Positions 40,819 through 50,637 of a DNA stretch of 64,000 bases are shown here, piece by piece. A program made the translations under genes and the position numbers. The stretch comes from an archaeon GW2011_AR5 (lineage in GTDB: Archaea > Aenigmatarchaeota > Aenigmatarchaeia > GW2011-AR5): positions 217,784-281,783 of the forward strand of contig JWKQ01000001.1 of assembly GCA_000806115.1 (NCBI GenBank), written 5' to 3'. Under the pieces are notes generated by a model that did not search any database, was not told where the DNA came from, and saw nothing but the letters and a program-made list of their open reading frames with translations. Positions within the stretch are counted from its first letter, which is position 1. Each line of letters begins with the position of its first letter.

Positions 40819-41604
40819 ATGATAGACGCGCACTGCCACATGGAATACATGGAAGACCCCGACGACATAATATATCATGCCAAGAAGGCAGGAATGAGCG
40901 CGATAGTTACCTCCATCGCAGACATCAAGGACAGGGAAAAAGTAATCGCGATGAAGAAGAAGCATCCGGACTTCATATTCATCTGCCTCGGCTTCCACCC
41001 CGAGATAATGGGCAAATATGCTTCTGAAGATATTGACGACTATATGGAATTCATCAGGCAGAACAGGAAATTAATATCCGCAATCGGCGAGGTGGGCACC
41101 GACTACAACTGGCTGCCAAAAAGCGAGGACCAGGCGAAGTCGCAGATTATTTTTGAAAAATTCATTGATCTTTCAAAGGAGCTCGGACTCCCGCTTGTCG
41201 TACACTCGAGAAACGGAAGAGACAACAGGGAAGGCGAGAACGACGGGATAGGGGATGCAATAGAGATCCTGCGAAACAGGGGATGCAAGGACGTGATGAT
41301 GCACTGCTTCTCCGGAAATGAAGCACAGCTGAAAGACTGCCTGGAGCAGGGCTGGCTGATTTCTTACGCAACCGTTCTCGTGAAGAGCCCCAAACACCAG
41401 AAATTAGCTAAAATGACGCCGCCGGAGCAGATGGTTCTCGAGACTGATTCGCCGTGGCTCGACCCGGACAGCAAGGAACTTGTGAACAGGCCGTGGAAAA
41501 TAGAGAGGAGCGCAGAGATATTAGCCGGCATGATGAATATTGACAAGGATGAAATCCTTCGCACGACAGAGAAAAACGCCAGAAGGTTCTTCAGGATTGG
41601 ATGA
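40819..41604 (+). CDS. tatD: TatD-family metal-dependent hydrolase
   Basis: Features: MIDAHCHMEY, a GEVGTDY-type motif, LVVHSR and METDSPWL. Confidence 0.88.
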   Translation: MIDAHCHMEYMEDPDDIIYHAKKAGMSAIVTSIADIKDREKVIAMKKKHPDFIFICLGFHPEIMGKYASEDIDDYMEFIRQNRKLISAIGEVGTDYNWLPKSEDQAKSQIIFEKFIDLSKELGLPLVVHSRNGRDNREGENDGIGDAIEILRNRGCKDVMMHCFSGNEAQLKDCLEQGWLISYATVLVKSPKHQKLAKMTPPEQMVLETDSPWLDPDSKELVNRPWKIERSAEILAGMMNIDKDEILRTTEKNARRFFRIG

Positions 41605-41605
41605 A

Positions 41606-42526
41606 ATGAAAAAGATCATGCTGATTATTATTCTGTTTGCATCTGTTGCATTCGCTTCCCATCTTCCCCAGCCGACGGGATATGTCAGCGATTTCGCCGG
41701 CATACTCACCGATACTGCGGGACTTGAAAGCGAACTGCGCGCTTATGAGCAGAACACCACCATAGAGATAGCGGTAGTTACCATAAGCAATCTTCCACCC
41801 GACCAGACGCTGTTCAGCTACGGCGTGGAACTGTTCGAGGAGTGGGGCATTGGCAAAAGGGGCGAGGACAACGGGATACTTGTCCTGATCAATAAGGAGA
41901 ATGCGCCGGGCAACAGGCTCCGCATAGAACTGGGCTACGGCATACAGGGTTATATTACAGGCGCAGAAGCGGGACAGATACTTGACAACGCGCTGCCTTA
42001 TTATGAGCAGGGCGATTACCAGCTTGCCGCGGAAATAATATTGAACGGCTTGTCCGAGGAGCTTGCCGATTATGTTCCGGGACAGGAACCCCCAGATGAT
42101 TTTGGACTTTCTTCTGATGTGTACATGTTTGTGATACCGTTCTTCCTTTTATGGCTTGGACTTCCGCTCTTCTCAGCTTACTTCAGCGTAGAAGACAAGA
42201 AATGCCGGAAGAGCCTCAGACCGATATTTCTCATACTGCCCGCAGTCATAGCGGTCATTATCGTAAACGTTTTTATCGGATTTTTCCTTGCTATTGCCGT
42301 CTTTTTCGCCTTGATAATCTTTATGTCAGGAAGATGCCCGCGCTGCGGCTCCAGAAAAATAAAATGCACCGAACACGGCTGTACGTGCCAGAAATGCGGC
42401 AAGAAGTTCAAGTCGAGACGCTCAGGCAGCGGATGGATTCTGGCAGGAGCTGGAGGCTTCAGCGGCGGAGGCGGCGGAGGGGGTTTTGGCGGCGGCGGCT
42501 CGGGCGGCGGCGGAGCGGGACGATAA
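41606..42526 (+). CDS. TPM-domain membrane protein with an inserted zinc ribbon and a Gly-rich tail
   Basis: ATG 41606 gives MKKIMLIIILFASVAFA. Features: GYVSDFAGILTD...IEIAVVTISNLP...WGIGKRGEDNGILVLINKE...ELGYGIQGYI; TM segments; CPRCGSRKIKCTEHGCTCQKCG; and a GGFSGGGGGGGFGGGGSGGGG tail. Confidence 0.85.
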   Translation: MKKIMLIIILFASVAFASHLPQPTGYVSDFAGILTDTAGLESELRAYEQNTTIEIAVVTISNLPPDQTLFSYGVELFEEWGIGKRGEDNGILVLINKENAPGNRLRIELGYGIQGYITGAEAGQILDNALPYYEQGDYQLAAEIILNGLSEELADYVPGQEPPDDFGLSSDVYMFVIPFFLLWLGLPLFSAYFSVEDKKCRKSLRPIFLILPAVIAVIIVNVFIGFFLAIAVFFALIIFMSGRCPRCGSRKIKCTEHGCTCQKCGKKFKSRRSGSGWILAGAGGFSGGGGGGGFGGGGSGGGGAGR

Positions 42527-42560
42527 AATCTTTATAATCTTGAACTACAAGGGATAAACA

Positions 42561-43148
42561 ATGGCGCAGCAAAAATCTTTTCCGAAGAAATGGATTGGCA
42601 TAGGCATAGTCGTGCTTCTTTTTTTGATAGTTGTTGCCACAATCTGGGGTTCGTACAACAGCCTTGTGCGGCTGAATCAGGGCGTTGACAGCAGCTGGGC
42701 GAACGTCGAAACGCAGTACCAGAGAAGGATTGATTTGATACCCAACCTCGTGAACGTTGTTGAGAGCTACGCCCAGTTCGAAAGGGAACTTATCACCAAC
42801 GTGACTGCTATTCGTTCTCAATGGCAGACTGCCCAGACGCCTGAGCAGCAGGTCAATGCCGCAAACCAGTTTGAGTCGGCGATATCGAAACTGCTTTTGA
42901 TAAGCGAGAACTACCCTGAGCTCAAGGCAAGCGAGCAGTTCAGGGCGCTTCAAGATAACTTGGTTGAGACGGAGAACATGATATCAGTTGCGCGCACGAG
43001 ATACAACGAGGCAGTGAGGCAGTACAATACCGCGACAAAGGTGTTCCCGTCGAATATGATTGCAGGCTGGTTCGGCTTCTCCGAGAGAACGTACTTCCAG
43101 TCAAGGCCGGGCGCGGAGAACGCGCCTGTTGTCGACCTGAATGTTTAA
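42561..43148 (+). CDS. lemA: LemA family protein
   Basis: An N-terminal TM segment is followed by YNSLVRLNQGVDSSWANVETQYQRRIDLIPNLV...ENYPELKA...TENMISVARTRYNEAV...FP. Confidence 0.9.
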   Translation: MAQQKSFPKKWIGIGIVVLLFLIVVATIWGSYNSLVRLNQGVDSSWANVETQYQRRIDLIPNLVNVVESYAQFERELITNVTAIRSQWQTAQTPEQQVNAANQFESAISKLLLISENYPELKASEQFRALQDNLVETENMISVARTRYNEAVRQYNTATKVFPSNMIAGWFGFSERTYFQSRPGAENAPVVDLNV

Positions 43149-43171
43149 TAGTATTTGTTCTAATTAGAATC

Positions 43172-43849
43172 ATGGATTCGAAGGACGCAGTCAAGAAACT
43201 GAAGTCCCTTTCTTCTAAGGAAGCGCGCGAAAGCAATGAAAGGTTTGCCATACTTGGCAGTAGCATGCTGGGGGTCAGGGTGCCTGATATCCGCGCTCTT
43301 GCAAAGGGGATAGGAAAAGACCATCTTCTAGCCATAGAACTCTGGAAAACTGGCATACATGAGGCGCGAATACTCGCTACCATGATAGACCATCCCGACC
43401 ACGTTACGGAAGAGCAGATGGACAACTGGACGAAAGATTTCAACTCGTGGGATATCTGCGACCACGCATGTGGCAACCTCTTCGACAAAACAAAATTTGC
43501 CTACAAGAAAGCAGTCGAATGGACGAGCCGAGAGCGCGAATATGAGAAGCGCGCCGGCTTTGCACTGATGGCGTACCTTGCCGTGCACGACAAGAAGTCT
43601 GATGACAAACGATTTCTCAAGTTCCTGCCTATAATCAGGCGCGAATCAGGCGACGACAGGAACTTCGTGAAGAAAGCCGTCAACTGGGCGCTGCGCGAAA
43701 TCGGGAAGCGGAGCGCCGCTTTGAACAAGGCGGCGACAGAGACTGCGACGGAGATATGCAACTCGGGAAAGGGAAAATGGGTTGCTTCCGACGCGCTGCG
43801 CGAACTCCGGAGCGACGCCGTGCAGAAACGGCTTAAAGCAAAGAAATAA
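43172..43849 (+). CDS. DNA alkylation repair (AlkD-like HEAT-repeat) protein
   Basis: Features: RVPDIRALAK, LWKTGIHEARILATMI, SWDICDHACGNLF and FVKKAVNWALREIGKR. Confidence 0.8.
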   Translation: MDSKDAVKKLKSLSSKEARESNERFAILGSSMLGVRVPDIRALAKGIGKDHLLAIELWKTGIHEARILATMIDHPDHVTEEQMDNWTKDFNSWDICDHACGNLFDKTKFAYKKAVEWTSREREYEKRAGFALMAYLAVHDKKSDDKRFLKFLPIIRRESGDDRNFVKKAVNWALREIGKRSAALNKAATETATEICNSGKGKWVASDALRELRSDAVQKRLKAKK

Positions 43850-43856
43850 TAATTTC

Positions 43857-45038
43857 TCAGACATTATACCTAAGCAGCGCCCCGACGCCGCCGAGCTCGA
43901 GGAACTGCTGCCCTTCGCGCGTGTCCGCGGAGACGGCTGCAACCTTGCTCCCGTAGTTCTCCGCGAGCTCTTCCAGGAAATCAATTATATCCTTTTCGCC
44001 TATCAGGTCAAACCTCGGCTCGTTCGGCTTTGTCGCCGAAAAAACTATCTTCTTTTCCTGCGTCTGCGGATCGAGAAGTTCGTACGCTTTCAGCGGAGAC
44101 GCTTCGCTTACAATTATCTTGTCCACGGCGCCAGCCTCCGTTTTCTTCAGGACGTCTTCGATGCCGTAAGATACCCTGCCGTGGGGCTTCTGAAGTTCGG
44201 TGAGAAATTGTGTGAGGAGTTTCTTCTCCTTTGTCACTTCAGCCTCCTTTAACAGTTCATCTGACTTTGCCACTGTTTCCTCGACGCCGAATGCGCCTGT
44301 ATAGCTTGTGTCTATCATTCCTATTACTTTTTTCTTCACGTCAGCGTGCATATAATCTTCCTTCATGAACATCTCCTTTATTGGTCCAGAGCCGCTCACT
44401 ATAATACCTATCACCTCATCCTTATGTTCCTCAAAAATTTTGTTCGCAGCCTCCCCGACGTTCTTGAGCCAGTCATTCAGCATGCCTTCGCGGACACGTG
44501 AGAAACGCTGGCTGCTCTGTCCACCGGCGCGTGTCTTCCCCGGCACGATTGATTCCTTCTGGAAAATAGTCTCGATTCGCTTGCCTATGAGCAGCGCGAT
44601 GGTGCCCTCGCTTTTGTCAAGGCAGATTATGCCATAGATTTCTTTTTCCTTCACCATTTCTTGGAGAGGTTCCATGACGAAACGCTGGTCGCACCAGTAC
44701 ATCTTCACCTTGATGTCTTCAGGCGGCTCGACAACCCAGAGTTCTATGTCCGCGACGCCCTCTCGCTCGGAGATGTTGCCGCAGAAAATTGCCATGCCTT
44801 TCTCCGGCGTCTTCTTGTACAGCTGCATGTGCCGGATGATTTTGTCCAGCGCCGTTGTAACGTTCTTCCTTACCTGCTTCGACTTGATATTCTCGGCTGT
44901 GCTTTCCTCGTTGCGTAGCTGCGCAGCCACCTCGTGCAGGTTGGCGCCTTTGGGTATGTAAACAGTTACAAGCTCGGTATGCCTGCCCTTTATGGCTGCA
45001 AGCTGGCGTATCAGTTTTTTCAGCGAAACTTTTGACAT
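43857..45038 (-). CDS. prf1: peptide chain release factor aRF1
   Basis: The NIKS motif is TAENIKSK and the GGQ motif is RAGGQSSQRF. The start at ATG 45038 (MSKVSLKKLI) is preceded by GGTGA and lies 4 nt after the valS stop. Confidence 0.92.
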   Translation of the reverse strand: MSKVSLKKLIRQLAAIKGRHTELVTVYIPKGANLHEVAAQLRNEESTAENIKSKQVRKNVTTALDKIIRHMQLYKKTPEKGMAIFCGNISEREGVADIELWVVEPPEDIKVKMYWCDQRFVMEPLQEMVKEKEIYGIICLDKSEGTIALLIGKRIETIFQKESIVPGKTRAGGQSSQRFSRVREGMLNDWLKNVGEAANKIFEEHKDEVIGIIVSGSGPIKEMFMKEDYMHADVKKKVIGMIDTSYTGAFGVEETVAKSDELLKEAEVTKEKKLLTQFLTELQKPHGRVSYGIEDVLKKTEAGAVDKIIVSEASPLKAYELLDPQTQEKKIVFSATKPNEPRFDLIGEKDIIDFLEELAENYGSKVAAVSADTREGQQFLELGGVGALLRYNV

Positions 45039-45042
45039 CTTC

Positions 45043-47397
45043 TCACCTAATCTCCAGGTTCCCATAGCTTATTTTTTTCACGGAATGCGTAAGCATGATA
45101 TCTTTCTCTATTATCCTGAACTTCTCGTCCATAGTAAGCTCTTCAACTTCTGCCTTCAGCGAAAGCCCCTTGTCCTTCTTGTGCTTCCAGATTGCACTGT
45201 TCATGTCCATCAGTTCTTCCTTGGTGAACTGCGCAACCGGCACGCCAAGTGGCTGCGGAAACCTTTCCCCGTGGATGTCCTTTTCCGCAAGCTCCTTGTA
45301 CAACTTTGCCGTCACGAACGGCAGGATGGGCGCCAGGAGCTTGAGCATGTTCTCGAGGCAGTAGTGCAGCGCAAACAATGCGGAAGCCTGCTCGCTCTTG
45401 GCGAATTTCTCGTGCTCATTGTACGCGCGGTTCTTGACAAGCTCGAGGTAATGCGACGCGAATGTTTCCCACAAGAAGTTTCTGATGCGCACGGCAGGAT
45501 TGTGAAAATCGTAGCTCTCGTAGCATTTCCTTGAATAATCAATGAGGCTGTTCATCTCGTTTATTATCCATTCGTCAAGCGGCTGAAGCCTTTCAGGCTT
45601 GTTGACGTGCGGGAACATGGAGACAAACTTTGCGACGTTCCACAGCTTCGACAGCGTCTTGCCGGCGCCCTCAATCCTCTGGAAGGAACATTTCATGTCG
45701 CCCTCGGTCAGGTTGCCTTCAACAGCGCACCACAGCCTGAAAGGCTCTGCGCCAAAGCGCTGCAATATTTCGTGCGGATCAATGACATTACCGACGCTCT
45801 TTGACATTTTTTTGCCGTGGTCGTCCACGATGTGATAATGAATCCATATGTCGCGGAAAGCCGGCTTGCCTGTGAGCAGGTGAACCTTGAGCAGTGTATA
45901 GTACAGCCACGTTCTCACGATCTCCTTGCCCTGCGGGCGGAGCGTGCAGGGAGAATGTTTCGCGTAAAAATCGCTTCCCCATTTCATAACGTATAGCGGG
46001 CTGTTCGCCGAGTCGAACCATGTGTCGAACACGCGCTCCTCGCCGCGCGCTGTTGAGCCGCACTTGCATTTTTTCTGCTCCTTCCACGGCTGCACGTACC
46101 TGCCTTTTTCTCCGAGAATTATTTCCCCGCAGGACTCGCATTTCCAAAGAGGGATTTCAGTGGCATAGTAGCGCCGGCGCGAGATGGGCCAGTCGATTGA
46201 CACGGATTCAATCCAGTCGAGCAGTATCTGTCGCGAATGCGGCGCGAAGAACCCGCTTTCTTCTGCAATTCTCCTCATCTCTTTCTTGAACTCAACCTGT
46301 TTCAGGTAATATTCCGGCATCGAGATAAACTCTATCGGGTGCTTCGAGCGCTCGCATATCGGGGTTCTGTGAACCATCTGGCGCTGCTTCACCAGCAGCT
46401 GCCTTGTTTTCAGCTCCCCGATTATTTTTTCCCTCGCTTCCTTGACTTTCAGCCCTTCCAGAAAGCCTGCGTTTTCATTCATCCTGCCGTCAGCGTTGAT
46501 TGCAATTCTCGGCTCGATTCGCTGCTCACGAAAAAACCGTATGTCAGTCTGGTCGCCGAAAGCGCACATCATCATCAAGCCTGTGCCCTTTTCCATGTCG
46601 GCGTAAGGATGAGACTTGATTGGAACCTCCCTTTCGAAGACGGGCGTTACCGCAGTCTTTCCCTCGAGGTGCCTGTACCTCTGGTCTTCGGGATTGAAAA
46701 TAACCATACCGCACGTGCACACGAGCTCGGGGCGGGTGGTGCCGATTACTATCTTCTCGCCCGTTTCCTTCACGGTAAATATTATGTCATTGAACGCCGA
46801 CGGCAGCTCGACGTAATCGATTTCCGCGTCGGCTATTGTTGTGCGGCAGCCGGGGCAGTAGTTGTTCGTACGACTATCCTCATAAATCAGCCCTTTCTCC
46901 CAAAGGTCGACGAACGTTGCCTGGGTAAGCGCGCGATATTCCGGTGAATCGGTGAAGTAAACGTCGCCCGTTCCCGTGCCCTCCTTCCACGAGTTGAAGC
47001 TGATGCCAAGCCTGAGAAAAGAGTCAATCGACGACGCGCTGGACTCCTCCAGAAGCTTCTTGCAAGCCTCGGTGAATTTTTCGCGGGGCGTGGAGACAAA
47101 TGAAATTCCGAACTTCTTCTCCGCCGCGACTTCTATGGGCAGCCCGTTCCTGTCAAGTCCAAGGGGGAAAAGCACGGATTTCCCGCACATCCTCTGGAAG
47201 CGGGCAAACATGTCCATCATGGTGTACGTTGCAGCGTGCCCTATGTGGATGGGCGTGTTGACGTACGGAGGCGGCGTGTCTATCGCAAAAACTTCCTTCC
47301 CGGCATGGAATTTGTAATCCTCATTATGCTTCCATTTTTCGAAGATGTCCTGTTCCATCTCCTTTGACCAGTTTTTTTCCTGTATTTTCGATTCCAT
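45043..47397 (-). CDS. valS: class I aminoacyl-tRNA synthetase, most likely valyl-tRNA synthetase
   Basis: Features: DTPPPYVNTPIHIGHA, DWPISRRRYYATEIPLW and KMSKSVGN. The ATG at 47397 is preferred over the TTG at 47403. The choice of Val over Ile or Leu is judged from motifs only. Confidence 0.78.
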   Translation of the reverse strand: MESKIQEKNWSKEMEQDIFEKWKHNEDYKFHAGKEVFAIDTPPPYVNTPIHIGHAATYTMMDMFARFQRMCGKSVLFPLGLDRNGLPIEVAAEKKFGISFVSTPREKFTEACKKLLEESSASSIDSFLRLGISFNSWKEGTGTGDVYFTDSPEYRALTQATFVDLWEKGLIYEDSRTNNYCPGCRTTIADAEIDYVELPSAFNDIIFTVKETGEKIVIGTTRPELVCTCGMVIFNPEDQRYRHLEGKTAVTPVFEREVPIKSHPYADMEKGTGLMMMCAFGDQTDIRFFREQRIEPRIAINADGRMNENAGFLEGLKVKEAREKIIGELKTRQLLVKQRQMVHRTPICERSKHPIEFISMPEYYLKQVEFKKEMRRIAEESGFFAPHSRQILLDWIESVSIDWPISRRRYYATEIPLWKCESCGEIILGEKGRYVQPWKEQKKCKCGSTARGEERVFDTWFDSANSPLYVMKWGSDFYAKHSPCTLRPQGKEIVRTWLYYTLLKVHLLTGKPAFRDIWIHYHIVDDHGKKMSKSVGNVIDPHEILQRFGAEPFRLWCAVEGNLTEGDMKCSFQRIEGAGKTLSKLWNVAKFVSMFPHVNKPERLQPLDEWIINEMNSLIDYSRKCYESYDFHNPAVRIRNFLWETFASHYLELVKNRAYNEHEKFAKSEQASALFALHYCLENMLKLLAPILPFVTAKLYKELAEKDIHGERFPQPLGVPVAQFTKEELMDMNSAIWKHKKDKGLSLKAEVEELTMDEKFRIIEKDIMLTHSVKKISYGNLEIR

Positions 47398-47555
47398 AGA
47401 CAATTACCCAGGTTTTACCCTGCCATGATATTGTCAAGAGAAAAAGCAGGGCAAGCTAAACAAGTCTTAATTGCTACTTTACAATTACGTACAGGCTAAA
47501 GAGCGAAGCTCTCACCCGACTTGTGCTTTGCATAATTATCATTGAAGCGCGAGGC

Positions 47556-48407
47556 TTAAAAACCTGATTTTTTCTTCAGCTGGGACGCGGCCAGGGTGGA
47601 CAAATCAAGCGACATGAAGTCCTCTGCGTGTATCGTCCTCACCTTTGTGGCGTCCTGTATGATTTTCTCCTGTTTCCATAGGTTCGAGCGCAGGAACCAG
47701 AAGGAGAAGTGCGTGAGCACAACGAGAGACGGCTTCTGCTTCATCGCGTTCAGCAGCGTTATTATTCCGTCGACGCTCATGTAGCCCGGGCGTTTCGCCT
47801 CGCCTCCTTTCGGTATCACCACGTTTATTATGAGCACCCTGCAGCCGTCGTAATGGCGTTCCATGCCCCTGTAGTACTGCCCGTCTGACGTGTAGCCTAC
47901 GTCGAAAGATTGCATCACACCTTTGGCGTCAGTCTGACTTCCTGAAATCCTGAAGCCCGTTGTCGGTATATAGTGCGAGGCTTTGACTGCGGTGATTTTC
48001 ACTCCATTGACCTCGGCCGAAGTCCCGTCCTTCATTGCATGCACGCTTGATTTCTCCTGATGGTACGCGGTGACGCACGGATGATAGTCAAAATCAGTCT
48101 TTTCTTTTCCACGTTCCAGCGCCCTCTTCTCTATCAGGCAGTGCTCCTCAGCCACGAGGAACGGCGACGTCATGCCGTCAAGATATGCATTGACATCGGA
48201 AGCATGGTCCGGATGGAGATGAGAGAGCAGGACGCCGTTCCACTTGTCCGGCTGAAGACCGAGCGAGACTGCATGATAAAGCGAGCCGGGACCGGGGTCG
48301 AGGATGAACTTGGTTTTGTCAAAGTCAAAAAACAGCCCGCCGGTCCTGCGTTCCTGCGCAATCATCATGTCGCGCCCTCCGCCCGTGCCAAGAAAAACAA
48401 TTTTCAT
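47556..48407 (-). CDS. MBL-fold metallo-hydrolase
   Basis: KIVFLGTGGG...LLSHLHPDHASD is the HxHxDH motif. The start lies 5 nt after the methyltransferase stop. Confidence 0.8.
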   Translation of the reverse strand: MKIVFLGTGGGRDMMIAQERRTGGLFFDFDKTKFILDPGPGSLYHAVSLGLQPDKWNGVLLSHLHPDHASDVNAYLDGMTSPFLVAEEHCLIEKRALERGKEKTDFDYHPCVTAYHQEKSSVHAMKDGTSAEVNGVKITAVKASHYIPTTGFRISGSQTDAKGVMQSFDVGYTSDGQYYRGMERHYDGCRVLIINVVIPKGGEAKRPGYMSVDGIITLLNAMKQKPSLVVLTHFSFWFLRSNLWKQEKIIQDATKVRTIHAEDFMSLDLSTLAASQLKKKSGF

Positions 48408-48412
48408 GGACT

Positions 48413-49510
48413 TTACTTCTTTCTCAGAATTATTAAGCTTTCCCTCAGCGTCCCGACTTTTACGGTCCTGTTTTCCAGCGCGAACCGCTTGTTGAGAACG
48501 CAGATTTTCTCGACATCGAAGCCGATTTCGCCTGCCATGTGTGCCAGGATGAAGTCCGTTTCAATCTCTTTCTTGATATAAGCATTCCCTATGACAATCG
48601 CCGCGTGCGCGCCTGGCTTGCAGACACGATGCATTTCCGAAATCACATCTTTCATGTCATCAAAGTACGCCTCAGCCTGCTCCTGGCTCTCGCGTACCCC
48701 CACGAAGGAGCGAAGGGCGGGCACGTGCCTCATCTTCATGAAGAAATCCTCGATTGCGTAAAGCCTCGTGTAATCTATGTTGTTCAGGTACGGCGGGCTT
48801 GTGATGACTGCGTCGACTGAATCGTCGTCCAGCGATATCTCGCGCGCATCCTGCTGCAGTACACGGACAGACGCTTCAGAAGGCAGCGACTCCTCAATGT
48901 CTTTTATCATCTTATAGACTACCCTCTGGAAGAGCTTGCGCAGCGGCGGCACCGGGTGCTTCTTTATCTTGATTACGCCGCCGTCCTTCCATGCCCAGCT
49001 GACCTTTATTGACGCGTTCAGCAGGGCGAGCGTGAAGAAATCCTTGTTCTTCAAGCCGTCTATTATGCTTGAAAAGAAAGCAATGTCGTCAAGCGCGTAC
49101 TTGTTTATCATGCCCCTCATGATTTTCGGGAACTCCCATTCGAGCTTCCTGAACTTCCTCCTGAACAGTATCTTTGCCTCCTCCCTGAGATCTTCGGTGC
49201 TGTAATTAATTGTCTTTACCTGGCTTGCGAAAACAGCCGTGGGCAACACGTCCAATCCTATTGAATTAATATTATTCTGTTTGCAGGCGAGCAGCGTCGT
49301 GCCGCTCCCGCAGAAAGGGTCCAGCGCCGTATCGCCTTCCTTCAGCCCGAACATTTCTATAAGTTTTTCAACAAGCTCCTTCGCGAAGCCTTCCTTGTAA
49401 TAGAACCAGTTGTATATCGGCTGCGTCTTGTTCGGGACGAACGTCGCAAGTTCGCGCCAGTCAAGCTTCTCCTCAACCTTTAGCCGGCTTCTGAATTCCT
49501 CGTATTCCAT
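48413..49510 (-). CDS. SAM-dependent DNA methyltransferase-like protein (N6-A or N4-C type, SPPY motif)
   Basis: Motif I is ALDPFCGSGTTLLA and motif IV is VITSPPYLNNIDY. No adjacent endonuclease gene was recognised. Confidence 0.7.
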   Translation of the reverse strand: MEYEEFRSRLKVEEKLDWRELATFVPNKTQPIYNWFYYKEGFAKELVEKLIEMFGLKEGDTALDPFCGSGTTLLACKQNNINSIGLDVLPTAVFASQVKTINYSTEDLREEAKILFRRKFRKLEWEFPKIMRGMINKYALDDIAFFSSIIDGLKNKDFFTLALLNASIKVSWAWKDGGVIKIKKHPVPPLRKLFQRVVYKMIKDIEESLPSEASVRVLQQDAREISLDDDSVDAVITSPPYLNNIDYTRLYAIEDFFMKMRHVPALRSFVGVRESQEQAEAYFDDMKDVISEMHRVCKPGAHAAIVIGNAYIKKEIETDFILAHMAGEIGFDVEKICVLNKRFALENRTVKVGTLRESLIILRKK

Positions 49511-49560
49511 AAGGAAATCTTTTATAGTAGATTTTTAAACGGCACATTACAATTGATATT

Positions 49561-50637
49561 ATGCCGGTAATAGTCATTTCAGGCAAGCCCGGGTGCGGTT
49601 CAAGCACTACCGCGAAGCTGCTTGCCAAACGCCTTCAGCTACGCCATTTCTCCCTTGGCGACTACAACAAGAGCCACTCCAGGGCAAAAAAAGAGACTGA
49701 CAAGAGCCTGGACATGTGGAAAATTAAGGGGCAAAAACTGAAGTCTTTTCACCTGCATTCCGACAAGCTTGCCCGCAGCATCGCGAAGCACGGCGACGTC
49801 GTGATAGACGCGAAGCTTGGCATAAGGATGATAAAAGGATTGTACGACTGCGGAATCTGGCTTACGGCTTCCGGTTCCGTCAGGACAAAAAGATACGCGA
49901 AGAGGGACAGCATCACCCTTTCGGATGCCGCAAGGAAGCTTCGCGAGAAGGAACTGGCTGAAAGGAAGAACTGGAAAAACATATACGGCTTTGATTATTT
50001 CACGCAGGAAAAAGAGGCGGACATAGTCATAGACACGGGAAACAGGACGCCTGAACAGATAGTTGACATGATAATATCAAGGATGAAGAGGGTTTTCATC
50101 GTGCACAGATGGAACGCCAATCCGAAAAGCGACTGGTACGTTCACTGCAGGGAAGAACTGGAGAAGAAAGGCTTCATAGCGAGCGTGCCAAGAATGCCCA
50201 ATACCAGGAAGCCGGCGCTCGCCGAATGGCTGCCGTTCCTCAGGAAAGCGATAGGCGCGCCGACCGGCAACACTTTCCTTGTCGGGCACAGCGCAGGCGT
50301 GGCAACCATACTCAGATATCTTGAAACTTTGAAGAAGGGCGAAAAGATAGGCGGCTGCGTGCTGGTGGCGGGCTGGACGGACAACCTTGGATACAAACAG
50401 CTCACAAGCTTTGTCAGCAAACCTTTCAACTGGAAGAAAATCAGGAGACACTGCAAAAGCTTTGTTGTGATAGACAGCGACAACGACCCGTACGTGAAGC
50501 TTTACCACGGCAAAGCCTTCGAGAAGCAGCTGAAAGCGAAGCTGATAACGGAGCGCGGGAAGGGACATCTTGACGACGATTCCAGGGTAAAGAAGCTGCC
50601 CAGCGTGATAAAGACGATAAAAGGAATGACTAAATGA
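49561..50637 (+). CDS. cmk: fusion of archaeal-type cytidylate kinase and a YdeN/RBBP9-like serine hydrolase
   Basis: The N-terminal part has MPVIVISGKPGCGSSTTAKLLAKRL (P-loop) and ADIVIDTGNRTPEQIVDMI. The C-terminal part has VFIVHRWNANP...FLVGHSAGV (GxSxG) and DSDNDPYV. Confidence 0.78.
   Translation: MPVIVISGKPGCGSSTTAKLLAKRLQLRHFSLGDYNKSHSRAKKETDKSLDMWKIKGQKLKSFHLHSDKLARSIAKHGDVVIDAKLGIRMIKGLYDCGIWLTASGSVRTKRYAKRDSITLSDAARKLREKELAERKNWKNIYGFDYFTQEKEADIVIDTGNRTPEQIVDMIISRMKRVFIVHRWNANPKSDWYVHCREELEKKGFIASVPRMPNTRKPALAEWLPFLRKAIGAPTGNTFLVGHSAGVATILRYLETLKKGEKIGGCVLVAGWTDNLGYKQLTSFVSKPFNWKKIRRHCKSFVVIDSDNDPYVKLYHGKAFEKQLKAKLITERGKGHLDDDSRVKKLPSVIKTIKGMTK

Noticed and set aside
46237-46947. 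A 236 aa plus-strand ORF inside valS, and similar ORFs at 7494..8135 (antisense to metG) and 44992..45534.
   Set aside because: They are antisense to well-supported aminoacyl-tRNA synthetase and aRF1 genes, and they have no motifs.
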